DNA of 64,000 nucleotides from Octopus vulgaris (taxonomy: Eukaryota). The notes beneath the pieces are model-generated. The model saw only the letters and a list, made by a program, of their open reading frames with translations. It was not told the DNA's origin and did no database searches. Numbering within the stretch: the first letter of the stretch is position 1; each line of letters begins with the position of its first letter. Below, piece after piece: positions 11,790 to 27,401 of the stretch. The DNA is taken from contig OX597817.1 in assembly GCA_951406725.2 (NCBI GenBank), positions 146,692,001 to 146,756,000 of the forward strand, read 5' to 3'. The position numbers were made by a program, and so were the translations under genes.

Positions 11790-13260
11790 TTAGTATTTAT
11801 AAGTTGGTGCTTGGATTATTTCTATTTTGAAGGGGGAGTGTATTGACGAATTTTTTATTTATAATTTTATGAATGTTACAAAAACTTGTTACAATCTGAC
11901 CTCTATTGTAGTCATCAGGTATGCATTGAACTGAAATCTTTGTTCCTGCTCTTCCTTCCTGTAAATACGATTCTTGCAAAGGTTTTTCAGACATATTCTC
12001 GAGTTTCAGATACAAGATCACGATAATTCCTTTGCTGCAAACCAGAAAATGTGTTCCTGTGTTCCTAACAGCTTCCAGAGGGTCCATTTACGGTGTGTTT
12101 TTCAGATACGAGCGTGATTGTATTCTCTATAAAATCATTGAAGTCTTATATTATTTGTCTTGATTCAAGATAAATCCATGCCTAGAAGGGAATTTTCATA
12201 TGCTTTGTTTGGAATATCTGAAAAGGTTTCGCAAAACAGTTTTGGAAGCAATCGCTAACTTTTCCTCAGATGGCAAAGTTAGTGATTACTCCGAAGACAA
12301 ATAATCGAGCGCTACTTTCCTCGCTGGATTCGGAGCGTCATAAACCTTCCACTTATTGAATCTCTTGTCCTTGTTAACCTTCGTAAAAAGCTGCTATTTA
12401 TTTCCATTTTTATGTAATGCAGATACTGTCCATTAAGTGGAGATGCATCTCTAACAGAAAAATGTGCAGCTCTTTTTGTTTTCTTCCTGGAACCTTTATT
12501 CGTTAACCTGTTTCATTATGTGCATGTGTCAACCTACTTCAGTTCTGTATCCATTAAAGCAGTTTTTACCTTACGGATATCGTAATTATTTTTATCAAGG
12601 TTGAATTATGCCTTTATATTTTGTGCTATCAACTCGAAGGGAATAAGTTATATCTTTTGATTGTAGAGTGTAGTGCAAGGGCCAGTACGATTTCCTTTAC
12701 CAGGAAGCAGAGACTACCTAACGAGACTACCTTTTCACTGTTTGTATAAGCAGTGTGATTGTATAAAACAGAACGTTTAATTATTTAGATGGCTTCCAAG
12801 AGAAGCTCTCACGCAGCATCAGTTACTAAATTGTTCTGCTGATGTTATCCAATTCAAAGCTTCCATTGTGGTTTGACATTGTCAGTACACATCCAAAAAC
12901 ATTAGGGTTTTGGATTTTTATTCTTATTTTTAATGTTTAAGTGTCACAGGTACAAACCATGGAGATTAATATCAGAGTTGTGCCGCTAAAACAGAAAAGA
13001 GAATTTTCTAGTATCCATGGGGAGGATGGTAGTAAAACTTATTGAAATTACTTTAATGCTACAAAGTGGATTATAATGGAATGTGAAATACGGAATGATC
13101 GATAATTTCTCCATGATTGATACCTTCCCATGATATATGCGATCGCTGGATCGCTGGATCTCCAGTCTTTTATGATAATTCACATTCAGCGTCTAAGTTT
13201 TTCTGTCAAACTGAACCTTTTAACGTATTTTTATGCAAGCCTTCAGCTGATGCTCAAACA
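11790..13260 (-). pseudogene. Old decayed non-LTR element (RTE-like EN/RT remnants)
   Basis: Fragments KGIIVILYLK and PDDYNRGQIVTSFCNIHK resemble RT domains 0/1; endonuclease-like words near 13000-13180; many stops. Confidence 0.45.
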
Positions 13261-13269
13261 TTAACTAAG

Positions 13270-13417
<148 letters not shown>

Positions 13418-13418
13418 A

Positions 13419-13646
13419 AGGCGGTGACTTGGCAGAAACGTTAGCATGCCGGGCGAAATGCTTAGCGGTATTTCATCTGCCGCTACATTCTGAGTTCAAA
13501 TTCCGCCGAGGTCTACTTTGCCTTTCATCCTTTCGGGGTCGATAAATTAAGTACCAGTTACGCACTGGGGTCGATGTAATCGACTTAATCCGTTTGTCTG
13601 TCCTTGTTTGTCCCCTCTATGTTTAACCCCTTGTGGGTAATAGAGA

Positions 13647-13650
<4 letters not shown>
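13419..13650 (+). mobile_element. Full-length SINE family B between (TA)n tracts
   Basis: aggcggtgacttggcagaaacgttagc...gagttcaaattccgccgagg...cttgtgggtaatagagaaac. Confidence 0.9.
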
Positions 13651-13690
<40 letters not shown>

Positions 13691-14680
13691 TGGTTTGTTT
13701 ACGTCCTCGTAACTTTGCGGTTAGGCGCAATAGAATACATATCAGGCTTAAAAAATAAGCATTGGGTTGGGGGTGATTTGTTCGTCCAGATCTTTCGAGG
13801 TGGCCAAGCATGGCTGCATTCCGGTGTCTGAAACAAATAAAAGATGAAATATAAATGTGAAACGTACTAAATGTCTCTCTGAAGGTGCTGAAGAATTCGA
13901 GGGCTGGGGGCTCACTTCCACTTGCAATGGCTCTGAGCCCTAAACCTGCCTTTGATTAAGGCGCAAATCGGTTTAAGATACCTTCCTAGAAAACGTGGCA
14001 ACTATTCCCGACAGCCAAATGAAGTGGGGTTATACAGAATGACGTCATCTCCCTTCCCTTGAAATTCGGGGAAGGGGTCAAGTTCAATTACATCGGCCTG
14101 AGTACTTCATTGGTGCTTTATTTGATCGACCCCAAAAAGATAAAAAGCAAGGTCGACCTCGGTAAGATTCGAACTCAAAACGTACGGAAACGGAAAGAAA
14201 TGCCGCTAAGCATTTTGTACGACCTGATAATGCTTACTGCCAGCCTGCCGCCTCCTTTTGTGTCTTGTATGACTTATATCTTATCTATAAAAAAACATGA
14301 GCTCTTATTACAATGCTTACTTACCTATTTCGCTTCTATGAAAAATACGCACGCACACACACATACACACACACACATACACACACATACACACACATAC
14401 ATGCACACACATACACACACATACACACACATACACACACATACACACACACACAGACACTGTATGATATATATATAAATATATATATTATATGTATGGT
14501 ACGTATATATATAAATGTTGTATAGTATATATACATATACATGATACAAAAAGCAGCAGATGACGCGTACGCACACATACATGATACAAAAAGCAGCAGA
14601 TGACGCGTACGCACACATATGCATGTCTGTATGCAATGCATGTGTGTGTGTGTATAATATATATACATATATTTATATAT

Positions 14681-14747
<67 letters not shown>

Positions 14748-14843
14748 TAAGCCAAACAAGAAAACACAGAAAAAAAACACAGCAACGCGATGACGTGGAA
14801 CAATTAAAATATTATTTGACGCTCAGGAAAGAAGGGAAGGAGG

Positions 14844-14878
14844 GTTTAACGTTTCGAGCGGAGCTCTTCGTCGGAAAC
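14844..14878 (-). ncRNA. Minimal type I hammerhead motif in a pLTR-like fragment (~14745-14950)
   Basis: Minus strand GTTT-CCGACGA-A-GAGC-TCC-GCTC-GAAAC-GTT-AAAC; ~100-nt T-rich tail then (TA)n; same family as 52415. Confidence 0.75.
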
Positions 14879-14972
14879 AAAGGAGAAGGAAAGATCCCGA
14901 GAAGGGAAGACAGAGGAAAAAAATTTTTTTGCTGGTGGTGCTCAAGAGATCACAATACATACATATACATAC

Positions 14973-15018
<46 letters not shown>

Positions 15019-15809
15019 GCATATATAAACATATATGTTTGTCGTATGCTGTGTGTGTGTGTTTTTCCCGTATCCTCAACGACGATCATTATAATAATAA
15101 TTTCCACATATCATTACATCGTTTACAAGTTTCATGATATCCTTTTACCGTACAGCTGTTTTGCTTCCAAAGTAGTTCCGAACAGTTGGGTTTTTTTGTT
15201 GTTGTTGTAATATTTTCATTGTTTATCTTTAAATTTTAATATTAATATTGTTAACTGTCAGTGTTTTTGACACGTCATGTCATTTTATTGCTGCCATCTC
15301 GCTAGGAATCTTCCATACCCTAAGAAATAATCCTTGAATTCACTTTCTATTCTTCGTACATGAAATTACCTCTGTCACTATTATTTCGATGGCGCTGCTG
15401 ATGTTGTTGTTACCGAAACCGTTTTTGTTGTTGGTGCTGTTGTTGTTGTTGTTGTTGTTGTTGTTCATATATATATATATATATATATTTGTGTTTAGTT
15501 TATTTCTCTTTTCTTTTTTTTTGTGTGCTGTTTTTTTTCTTTTTTAAATTTATATTTTTCGTTTTGCTTTTCTCTAAAAAACATTCGGTTTATGCCTGAA
15601 TCTCACTTTTTGAACATACAAAATGCCTTTCGGTCACCATGTTAGATGACAAATAAAAAAAGAAAAAAGAAAAAAGAAAAAAGAAAACTAAACAAAAAAC
15701 AAAAAAAAACCCCACAGAAACAACAGTAACAACTAAACAAGAAAAAAGCATTCATTTTAATTTTGAATTATTCTTTTCCCGTCCGTATTATATTCTTAAA
15801 TTTCATTTA

Positions 15810-17340
<1,531 letters not shown>

Positions 17341-17500
17341 TACACACCTCCCTTCCAAACGCTGCTGCAAAGAACGGAAGTGAGCTAGAACGTTAAAACC
17401 TAGTGGGCATACACATCAGAGTTCCAAGTCAATCTATGCAAAGCGGCTCTACTCTGCGTGCTTTAGTCCGGATACTTATTGATCAGACCACGAAAATTAA

Positions 17501-17721
17501 CACTAGAAGTACCGAGCGATCATCTATGATCGCTTTTGCTTTTACTTTTACTTTTTAATCTCTACGACCATACTGAACGTTCAAACACGAACATCCTTTC
17601 ATATATATGTGTATGCATATATTTTGGTACATAAATTTTTCTTTCAATAAGATTTTCAGTGCCGGTCAAAAATGACCGTTTTGGTCCTTGCAGAAAGTAA
17701 GAAATGTTGGTACTTCTAGTG
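17501..17721. mobile_element. piggyBac-type MITE
   Basis: 13-bp perfect TIR CACTAGAAGTACC/GGTACTTCTAGTG; TTAA on the left, degenerate TCGA on the right. Confidence 0.7.
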
Positions 17722-18026
17722 TCGAACTACTAAACTAAGACTTAGTCTCCACTAATAACTAAGGTATTTCAATCAGAGGGAATTATTAACGTTGGTTTAC
17801 TGTAGATTGCAGCTCTAAAAACATGAATCTTGTTTTACAAATTCATTGAAATAATGAGCGCAAGTGTACTTGTGGATAATTTTAGCGAGGAGGAAGACAA
17901 AAATAGTTAACGTGTGTTGCATTTTACAAATTGATCAAGGTGGATCAGTTTGTAAATTTCTAGATATCGCCAAATATTTCTGCTTTACTTGATGTTTCAC
18001 ATGGTTTAAGACAATTGTGAGAGAAG

Positions 18027-18081
<55 letters not shown>

Positions 18082-18106
18082 CGAGAGAGAGATACACACA
18101 GAGAGG

Positions 18107-18170
18107 CTCTCTGATGAAACTGTAAAGTATTACTCAGGCACTCGTCATACAGCGAAAACAACTGTAAGCT
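18107..18170 (+). ncRNA. Decayed hammerhead motif
   Basis: CTGATGA-A-ACTGTA...TACAGC-GAAAACAACTGTA-AG; stems partly broken. Confidence 0.45.
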
Positions 18171-18708
18171 AACGAAGTTCATAAAATAATCATTTATTTT
18201 CGTTTGTCATCTTTTTTCTTATATATATGTATATTCCTTAAGCATTCACAATAATGTTTCCATCGTCTTGGCTTAACAGCCCTCATCGTTTGTTTTTAGT
18301 GTTTTCTTCTCATTGTTCTATCTTTTACTGTTTTTACTTTTTTATTGTTTTTACTGTTTTGTTCTTGCTGTCCTGTTCTTGTTACCACTTTTACCCTACG
18401 CAAAAAATCCCAAATTTTATTTAATTTGCTTTGCGGGAAGGATTGTTTCAACGAAGTCGCGTCTTGTCCTTGCCTTCGATACGTGGAGGATATGAAACAG
18501 GGACAACTGACGAAGGGGAATATTCTTTATGTTGCATGTCTCATTTCTCTGTTTGTTTTTTTCGTTGTTTGAAAAAAAGTTCGTTTCTATGTTTTTGTTT
18601 TTATGTTTTCGTTTCTCATTGTGTTCAACGTATTTTTGATGTCCTGTCCCCATATATGCATATATATATACATATATATGTAGGTATGTACATATATGTA
18701 TGTATATA

Positions 18709-18842
<134 letters not shown>

Positions 18843-19242
18843 ATCTTCTGTGCTGTGCTGCGGAGCGGATGTTTGATAACTCGTCTTGTGACGAGTGAAT
18901 GAAACAAAGCAAAGAGCCACCGATAGGCGTGCACAAATTTGACTTCACTTCTTTATGATTTATTATAAATATTTACGAATAACATGTTGTATAAGCGTTA
19001 GTAGTGACCCAATCAGCTAAGAAAAACATCTATAATCAAAATATTACATATCAGCTCTAAACACAGTTCAGAATAGTTTAAGACAGACCGAGACAACTGC
19101 ATATACAATTATTTGGCTAAAACTTCTGATTAGCTAAAATTTCTGGTTTGAAGAAGCAATACAATATTCATGCTGCATTGTTAAATCAATATTTCAAGAA
19201 TATATCCATGTTATACGGTATTTACTACGATACATACATATA

Positions 19243-19283
<41 letters not shown>

Positions 19284-19537
19284 GGAACAAAAACGCGATA
19301 GAGGACATTAAAACATTCGGACAGATAGACGATACAAAGGCGGACTAGAGAAATAACAATTAGAAAGAGAGGCAAAAAAAAAAAACAAACTCTAAGCTAA
19401 GTGCATTAAATCCCTTTGTAAGAAAGCTAACGAATGTGTACGGCAACAAAGACAAAAAAAACCCCAAAACAACAACAAAAAAACAAAACAAAAAAACAAC
19501 TAAACAAAAAAAACGGAGAGCATGGTACACAATTACT

Positions 19538-19608
<71 letters not shown>

Positions 19609-19647
19609 GTACATACATACATACATTACGTACATACATACATACAT

Positions 19648-19694
<47 letters not shown>

Positions 19695-19966
19695 TCTGTA
19701 ATTTACTCGAGAGTTTATATTATGTGTAAATGGAATAAATGTTTGCTAAATTCCTTCAGCAATGCAGTTTGGAGTAAAAAGATATGTAAGGTGATGTCAA
19801 TGAATGAAAATAGAAGAAAAGATATTGTATTGTGTTACACAGGTTGTCTAAAGACCCTATGATATTTCGGGAAAAACTCCTCTTTTCAAATAGAAGAAAA
19901 TAATTAAATTTCGTTTTTGTATTTGGTTTGTGAGATTCTTTATGTGAATTGGTGTGTTGAAGCATA

Positions 19967-20209
19967 TTTTATTGTGTCTGGAGAGAGTAATTTTCTTTTT
20001 AGTGCCTTATTACTTAACCTACTCACCGGTTCGATTTCCACTAATTTATTTATTTTTTCAAAATTTTCGTTGCGTCTTGCAACCCCTTCAATGGAAGCAA
20101 CGAAAATTTTAGAAAAAATAAATAAGTAGATGGGTGGAAATCGAACCGGGGAGTGTGTTAAGTGATGAGGCACTAAAAGAGAATGACTCTTCCCAGACAC
20201 AATAAAATA
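19967..20209. repeat. Diverged fold-back, ~105-bp arms
   Basis: ttttattgtgtctgg...aaaattttcgttgc pairs with gcaacgaaaatttt...ccagacacaataaaa. Confidence 0.8.
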
Positions 20210-21324
20210 ATTAAAGAGTTCGAAGAAATGTGTTCTTACTGAAGTTTTGGACTTTTCCTTTTTCTGTTTGAAGAAGGAAGTTTTCTTCGAAATATTATAG
20301 AATCATTAACCAAACATTTAAGGTAATACAGTATCAGTGTTTTCAGTCATTGACATCACCTTATATAATCCCTTACCTGCATTACTCAACGGTTTGTATT
20401 TGCAATCCTTAATCTTATATATGCCCAAGCACGCATATATGTAAGTAGTGGTCAGACGTATTCCCTAGCCTGGTGTATTATTTTGTGTGAACCACTGTTT
20501 TACATCTAGATACACTTATCTCATATTCCTCAATACATATTAGATGCTATTTAACATCTTCATAAATGACAACAGCGCCTATTTAACTTTACTTCCCTAT
20601 ATACTCACACAAATATTTTGAGATTCTTAGCTCTCTGCCTCACTTTCCTTCGCTCAGTCTTCCCTCTCTCGTTTTCTCCATTTCATTTTCTTTGTTTATC
20701 TCTTCCTTGCTTCCTCTCTTCACTTATTGCTTTTTTCCTCTTTCTCATTCTTTATCTCGCTCTCTTAACACCTGCACTCACTATGATCGACATTGTGTCT
20801 TCACTTCTGGTTCTACTATCCCACTCCAACTTTCTTTTTACATTAAGCCTGAAATGTAAGCACGCATCATAAATTCGGCAACGTTTATATTTTTTCCCTC
20901 TTAGACCTCGTATTACTTATCCTTCAGTTTGATAAAGGGTATAACCTGAAACATTAGACCTTCTGTTTCTTTTATTGGCGTATGAAGTGTGTATATTCAT
21001 TGAACACATTCTTTTACTGTGTTCTTGTTTCGTTTCATATTTGTATGCTTTGCATTTCTGATAAATCTATTATTCATTTCTTTCCTTCTTCCCTGCCTCA
21101 CCATCTGACTCCTTTTGTTTGTGCGTGTTATTTTTCTACGTATATATTTACGTCCATACATAACAAATCACCGCTATTTCACTGACTGACCATATAGCGT
21201 ACATACAATATAAACAGCTAAAATTTCCGATTGGTTAAAATAGCACAAGTGACAAAACAACGAATCTAAACTTGTATGTATGGCTACATGTTGTTTTATA
21301 TTGCTTAGACTAGCTATTGACGAA

Positions 21325-21553
21325 TACTCTTTTACTCTTTTACTGGTTTCAGTCATGTGACTGTGGCCATTCTGGAGCACCGCCTTTAGTCGAGCAGATC
21401 GACCCCAGGACTTATTCTTTGTAAGCTTAGTCTATCGGTCTCTTTTGCCAGACCGCTAAGTTACGTGGACGTAAACACACCAACATCGGTTGTCAAGCGA
21501 TGTTGGGGGGACAAACACAGACACACAAACATACACACACACACACACATACA

Positions 21554-21613
<60 letters not shown>

Positions 21614-21775
21614 ACTGGCTTCTTTCGGTTTCCGTCTACCAAATCCACTCACAAGGCTTTGGTCGGCCCGAGGCTATAGTAGAAGACACTTGCCCAAGGA
21701 GCCACGCAGTGGGACTGAACCTGGAACCATGTGGTTCGTAAGCAAGCTACTTACCACACAGCCACTCTTACGCCT
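21325..21775 (-). mobile_element. Full-length SINE family A
   Basis: Reverse complement of 9962-10373 with an expanded internal (TA)n. Confidence 0.92.
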
Positions 21776-22716
21776 ATATAAGTTATTAATACTAATAAAT
21801 TTTAATAAATTGTTTCGTCCTTGTATTTAGTTTGCAAAATTTTTGATGCGAACTCGTATGTTGAAACATATTTTGATGTATCTAAATTGCATGTTGTCAA
21901 TCTATAGACAATAAATAATCCTATTTAAGCTATTAATTCGTTATTTCTCAAATGCCAAAAGTACTGTAAGTGTGCAATTGCACACGCAGTACAGCTAACA
22001 TTATAGTTATTATAGTTATATAGTTCTAAAATATTGGTTTAACAATTGTTATGTCGCGTCAATATTGCATTGCTTTAAGTGTTCTGTCACAGTTTCAGTG
22101 GTTACTGAGTGTTAACCTAAAATTGTATTCACTCACAAATTGCTTCCTCTTTGTCTCTACCAACCATGGCTTCAGCGGACGCTTTATGTTAAAAAAATAA
22201 AAAAATGGTCGCCAGAAGGTCAGGTTTGTTGCTGCTGCTACTGCTGTCGTCCATTGTCGTCACCGCCGCCGCCAACGTCTTGCAACTGCTTTTGCTGTCA
22301 GCAGTTCTTGGTATTTCGGATATTTTATGTTAGTTGCATATTGTTGCAATGGCTTTTCATGTTAGTTCTTTATGATATTTCTGTTGGTTTTTGTTTGTTT
22401 AGCTCTCGGTCGTCTCCCGTTCGAGCAGACATATAATCAAACGCTTCCCACCCGTGACCATCCCGTATTTTTACAGACATGTAGGTCTGTATTGTTCTAT
22501 GTGACCTTCTCGTTTTTTAAACTCTGAATGGCAATGAATGGAAGGAAACGGAAACTTGGCTGCTATTTCTAGCAAGCCGTGCGATGATGCACAGGTTCCT
22601 ACATTGACTTGTTTAGTGTAATCTTTGTTGTTGCTGTTGCTGCATAATTTTATTCTAAACTAGCAGGGATACCTAGAATTGCTCGGGATTAAAATGACGT
22701 AGTTTGTATATATATA

Positions 22717-23109
22717 CTAGCAGTATCGCCCGGCGTTGCTCGGGTTTGTTTCGACCCTTTAGAATTGGAATTTTTGAAAAGTAAAAATTTTGTTTTATGT
22801 AGCTTGTTATTCTCTTTAAGTGAACATTTTTCTGGTTGAAATACACCGAAAAATGGCAACACCGCAGTCAAAAAATCATAAAAATTAGGGGTTTTCATAG
22901 AAAAAAAAGTACCTTTTTGATGTAAATAATTTTTGGTGTTAACATGGTCCGATTTGAATTTTTTCTTCTATGGAAGGAAGAGCAAGCCTTCTTCTATCAT
23001 ACTTTCAATTTTGGTCAACTTGCGCCGCAGAGTCTCGGAGGAGATAGTGTTAGTTGAAGGCTATCAAACCTGCCATACACAAACAACTTCAGCTTTATAT
23101 ATAGAGAGA
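22717..23109 (-). mobile_element. Non-autonomous Helitron (~390 bp) nested in the older Helitron
   Basis: 5' TCTCTCTATATATAAAG, 3' CCCGAGCAACGCCGGGC hairpin plus CTAG, A|T insertion site; second copy at 29406-29778. Confidence 0.88.
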
Positions 23110-23769
23110 TTAGTTATGTAGAAGCATGTGATACGGGAAAGTGCAGCATTGACGACAAAACATTTGTGGGCTAAATCGACTAAGCGACATGTCATGTGCC
23201 CGTTTGGAGGATTCCAGGTAACCTGTCATGGAAAATTGGGGTTGAGGTGTATGTGATTTTTGAACGCACTGAAAAGCTGTCAGTGGATATACTCTCCTTT
23301 GTGGTGGTCGGCGCTGCGTCTAATACGATCTGTTGTATGGTTGACAGTCGAATAAATGTAGGTGTAATGGAGATATTGTACGTAAATGGGTACATTCTGG
23401 AAAGGGGCTGCAATAGGAGACAGTAACGAGGAAGTGAACGGTTGAAATGTTGTACAAGGCGAAGGGTTGACATTGGATTGCTGGTGTGTCTGTAGAATAA
23501 CAAACATAGACTGAGCAGATGCAGTCACATGAGAATATGTAGTAACGAATTACTTGAAAAAATATGGCGTAATGGCTTACCGCGTGGTTGGTGGGAGTAA
23601 TTGGAGATAATATGCTTTGATACTGAAGTCCATGCAGGAAACTGCTTTGTTGGTGCAGTCTTTGGCTTTGTTGGTATTATGCCGAAATGGTATCCATCTT
23701 CACCATTCACAAAGAGCAGTGGATACTGGAGCGCATCGTAGGATGTAGTAATTCCTACAAAACCACTTG

Positions 23770-24420
23770 GTAAACAATATTCTTTGTTTTCCTTTGCAGA
23801 ACAAATGCAAATAAGTTTTCTTGCTTCCCACTCTAGAGCAGCCAACATTTAATTATTCGTGTGAGAAGCATGACTCTCCCAAGTGAAGTTCTACCACAGA
23901 CAGCGTTTGACCTTGGGATGTATTGATAGACATTGCGAAGCTGATACGAATAGGAAATTGCATTCTTCTGAATGAAAAAGGAATTTCTGCTACCTATAGA
24001 ATGAGCGGAATTCTGGATACAAAAACATCCTCTCCTTTTCCACATCCAGAGAGAATGGTGGCCTCAATAACATGTGGCATCATCTTCTTTACCACCAGGC
24101 GTGTTCCATTGCAGAGTATTGGTGGATCCAAATTCCTCAATAACATTACAGGAGTTCCCACTTTAAGTTCAAATCTTTGGAGAGATAGTCCTGAAGGCTC
24201 CAATGAATTGAGAAATTGTTTTGATTAACTTACCACCTCTTCTGGATATGGGATTGTATCAACTGACTTATAGGTGTGAGGACTTTCAGGAAGGTACTGC
24301 AGCAGCTGCTCATTAATTTTACTTGCAGTGTTGTTTTCTGGAGCCAGTATTGCTCTTTCACACAGCCAATTGAGATTGTAGTAAGTTTCTGATCAATGGA
24401 TGTAAGGGAGACAAACAATT
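23770..24420 (-). pseudogene. PIF1-like Helitron helicase C-terminal fragment
   Basis: LKVGTPVMLLRNLDPPILCNGTRLVVKKMMPHVIEATILSG...RIPLI; downstream CFSH..LNVGCSRV. Confidence 0.88.
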
Positions 24421-24715
24421 TCCGAAAGTACTTCGCAAAGAGTTACCTCCCTTTTCCACGTAACCCAGGAAAGGGTGTTTTCTGGTCCCAGAGGTCCTGT
24501 TACTCATTATGTGAAACATTTTAAGAGTCTAAAACCATCTCTGGAAATAAGTTATGTATGTTCCTAGTTTAGAGAAAATCAGTTGTGAAATTCAGAAGTT
24601 ATACGAGATTACACAGGTACATACAGCATCACTTTTATATATAGACAGATATTTTGATGAAATATATTTCTATGTAGATATGCACACAAATACACGCACA
24701 CGCATACATAATGTA

Positions 24716-25108
24716 TCTTTTATCTTTTACTTGTTTCAGTCATTAGATTGCGGTCATGTTGGGGTGCCACTTGAAGAATTTTCTAGTCGAATGAGTCGAC
24801 CCTGTACTTATTTTTAAAGCCTAGTACTCATTCTATCACCGCCTTAGCTGAACCGCCAGGTTACGGGGGATACAAACATACTAACGTCGGTTGTCAAAAG
24901 GTAATGGAGGACCGGAAGTACACACACACACACACACACATACACATACATACACACACACATGATGGGTTTCTTTCAGTTTCTGTGCGCTAAATCTACT
25001 TGCAAGACTTTGGGCGTGGCGATAGTGGAAGACACTTGCCCAAGGTACCACGCAGCGAGACTGAACCGGGAATCACATGACTGAATGCAAACTTCTTACC
25101 ACACAGCC

Positions 25109-25110
<2 letters not shown>
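24716..25110 (-). mobile_element. SINE family A, diverged
   Basis: cttttacttgtttcagtc ... gacacttgcccaagg ... ttaccacacagccac. Confidence 0.8.
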
Positions 25111-25182
<72 letters not shown>

Positions 25183-25791
25183 TATTAAAACTAAATCTGA
25201 GACTTTGTCTTGCAACTCGAGTCTTCAGGCAATCCCCAGGCGAGAACTGGAGTCTCGAGACAAATTCTCAGTTTTAGTTTCAATAAAAATCCTCCATATC
25301 CTCTACAATATATATTGAGCACTTTCTTCTCATTCGTCTGACATAAACCAACACACAAAACTCACACACACACACACATGCAAGCATGCATGCATACACA
25401 CACAAATATATATTTGAGTATATGCCACTCACCCACAAATGATGCAATATAAAGATTGATCCAACGCTCCTTTGACGTATTTGGTACTTTCTCAGTTTCT
25501 CATTTCACATGTAAGAAAAACACTCTTTTCGAGTATTTTATTTACAGTAACTGGCCATATCATTAACCCGTACATGCTTTTGGTGATTTTTCTCTAAGAT
25601 TAAATCTGGTTTTTATTACAGTGCTGGTTTCACTCACACGATATTTAATATCCGAACTGCAAGCACTGCGCCTTATTGTCCAAAGTTTTCACCTCATCTC
25701 ATCTGATTTCATAGCATTTTGAATAGTTTTCAATCAATCACTCATTCTTTCTCTGCCCAACTTAGTCTGGATCAGTAATGCATAATATATA

Positions 25792-26022
25792 TATTTCTTT
25801 ACTACCCACAAGGGGCTAAACACAGAGGGGACAAACAAGGACAGACAAAGGGAATAAGTCGATTACATCGACCCCAGTGTGTAACTGGTACTTAATTTAT
25901 CGACCCCGAAAGGATGAAAGATAAAGTCGACCTCGGCGGAATTTGAACTTGGAACGTAACGACAGACGAAATACGGCTACGCATTTTGCCTGGCGTGCTA
26001 ACGTTTCTGCCAGCTCGCCGTC
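25792..26022 (-). mobile_element. Full-length SINE family B with ~15-bp TSD
   Basis: AATGCATAATATATA at 25777 and 26023. Confidence 0.9.
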
Positions 26023-26127
26023 AATGCATAATATATAGTCCCCTTAAGGCAGCGAGCTGGCAGAGTCGTTAGCACGCTGGGCTAACAACATTTCCTCCAT
26101 CTTTACGTTCTAAGTTCAAATTCCGTG

Positions 26128-26309
26128 AGAGTGAGAGAAAGTTGTGGTGAAAGAGTACAGCAGGGATCACCACCATCCCCTGCCGGAGCCTCGTGGAGCT
26201 TTAGGTGTTTTCGCTCAATAAACACACACAACGCCCGGTCTGGGAATCGAAACCGCGATCCTATGACCGCGAGTCCGCTGCCCTAACCACTGGGCCATTG
26301 CGCCTCCAC
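26128..26309 (-). mobile_element. SINE family C, 5' half, fused to a SINE B head (26047-26125, +)
   Basis: tRNA-like head GTGGAGGCGCAATGGCCCAGTGGTTAGG...GGTTTCGATTCCC on minus strand. Confidence 0.85.
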
Positions 26310-26330
26310 AATATATATATATATATATAT

Positions 26331-26568
26331 ATCGTTGCTATTATGCAAAAGTGTCGTAAGACCAAAACGTTGCTTTTTCAGAAAACGGAAAAACATAGTT
26401 ACACCATTCATTAGCAAAACCGTTGTACTACACTTTGACAAGTTTTGATATCTTGGCATCTGAATCAGCTGGAGATGCGATAGTTTGACTAAAAGGACCG
26501 GCTATTGAAAAAAAAAAACGCATTTGACCAAATTTGGACACGCGACAGTTTAACATAATAGCAACGAT
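26331..26568. mobile_element. TA-flanked MITE
   Basis: TIR ATCGTTGCTATTATG / CATAATAGCAACGAT inside (TA)n. Confidence 0.7.
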
Positions 26569-26617
26569 ATATATATATGTTCACACACACACACGCACAC
26601 ATATACATACACACACA

Positions 26618-26789
26618 ACGAGGGGTTGCTGAGAAGTTCCTGGTTTTAGGTAACAGAAAACACACTTATTGCAGCGGTCCTTCAGTGTTTCTAATCCCTG
26701 TAAAAGAACTGGAAAGGTTGGGCTTCCAACCAGGCCTTTCGCGACACCCTTAAAGCCTTAAAGCCAGGAGCTTCTCAGCATGCTTTCGT
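26618..26789. mobile_element. mariner-type MITE
   Basis: ACGAGGGGTTGCTGAGAAGTTCCTGG ... CCAGGAGCTTCTCAGCATGCTTTCGT imperfect TIRs. Confidence 0.6.
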
Positions 26790-27247
26790 GTGTGTGTGTT
26801 TGTGTGTGTATAGTTATACGTATATATATAGTTATATGTATATATATATAGTTATAATTTTCTTACGAAACACATAGCATGGAAGTGCTCAAGTCGAACC
26901 TGAGGCGTTAGATAAGTATAGTGGATAGAATGGAAAAAGTTTAAATCAGACAGACTACGATTAACATATACGTATACGGGTTTAGTTAAGATAAAATAAG
27001 GATTGTCTGAACTGAAACACGTATTGATATATTAGAGATATAAAAATATACAGAAATATAACAATATATAAATATTGAAAATATACATGGACTTATAGGT
27101 GTATAGGTATATAAACAGACTAATAATAGAATATAGATATAAATAATAGTGGAATATAGATACAAAACGTTTTCATAAAAAAATTAAAATATAGTAGAGT
27201 AATACGTATTAAAAAGAGTTTTGGGTTACACGCTAGAAGAAAAAGAG

Positions 27248-27335
27248 TTCCGACGATCGTTTCTGGGGCTCATTCGTTGAATTTAAAGATGAATCGTAAG
27301 ATTCATTTCCAGAATATGCTACCTTCATCAGGGAA
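27248..27335 (-). ncRNA. Type I hammerhead motif with long stem II
   Basis: Minus strand TTCC-CTGATGA-[~58 nt including ATGAATC/GATTCAT]-GAAAC-GATC-GTC-GGAA. Confidence 0.75.
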
Positions 27336-27401
27336 AAAGAAAAATGATGTTTACTCTAGATATGGGTTCAGTTCTTTACTGAACGCATATCTAGAGTAAA
27401 C

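Larger units (their letters stand above)
22660..24650 (-). mobile_element. Old internally deleted Helitron carrying RepHel fragments
   Basis: 5' TC-type end near 24649 (tctgtctatatataaaag on minus), 3' CTAG at 22660 with degenerate hairpin; helicase and YDALQYPLLF fragments inside. Confidence 0.7.

Noticed and set aside
14538-14617. 40-bp direct duplication; similar short repeats at 40083-40290, 59415-59505 and 60103-60143
   Set aside because: Local slippage beside microsatellites; no unique spacers, so not CRISPR-like
15368-15465. Possible minus-strand exon with donor GAG|GTAATT
   Set aside because: No acceptor; sequence derives from a (CAA)n tract
18507-18530. CTGACGA motif (related copy near 49663)
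   Set aside because: No downstream GAAA or stem III
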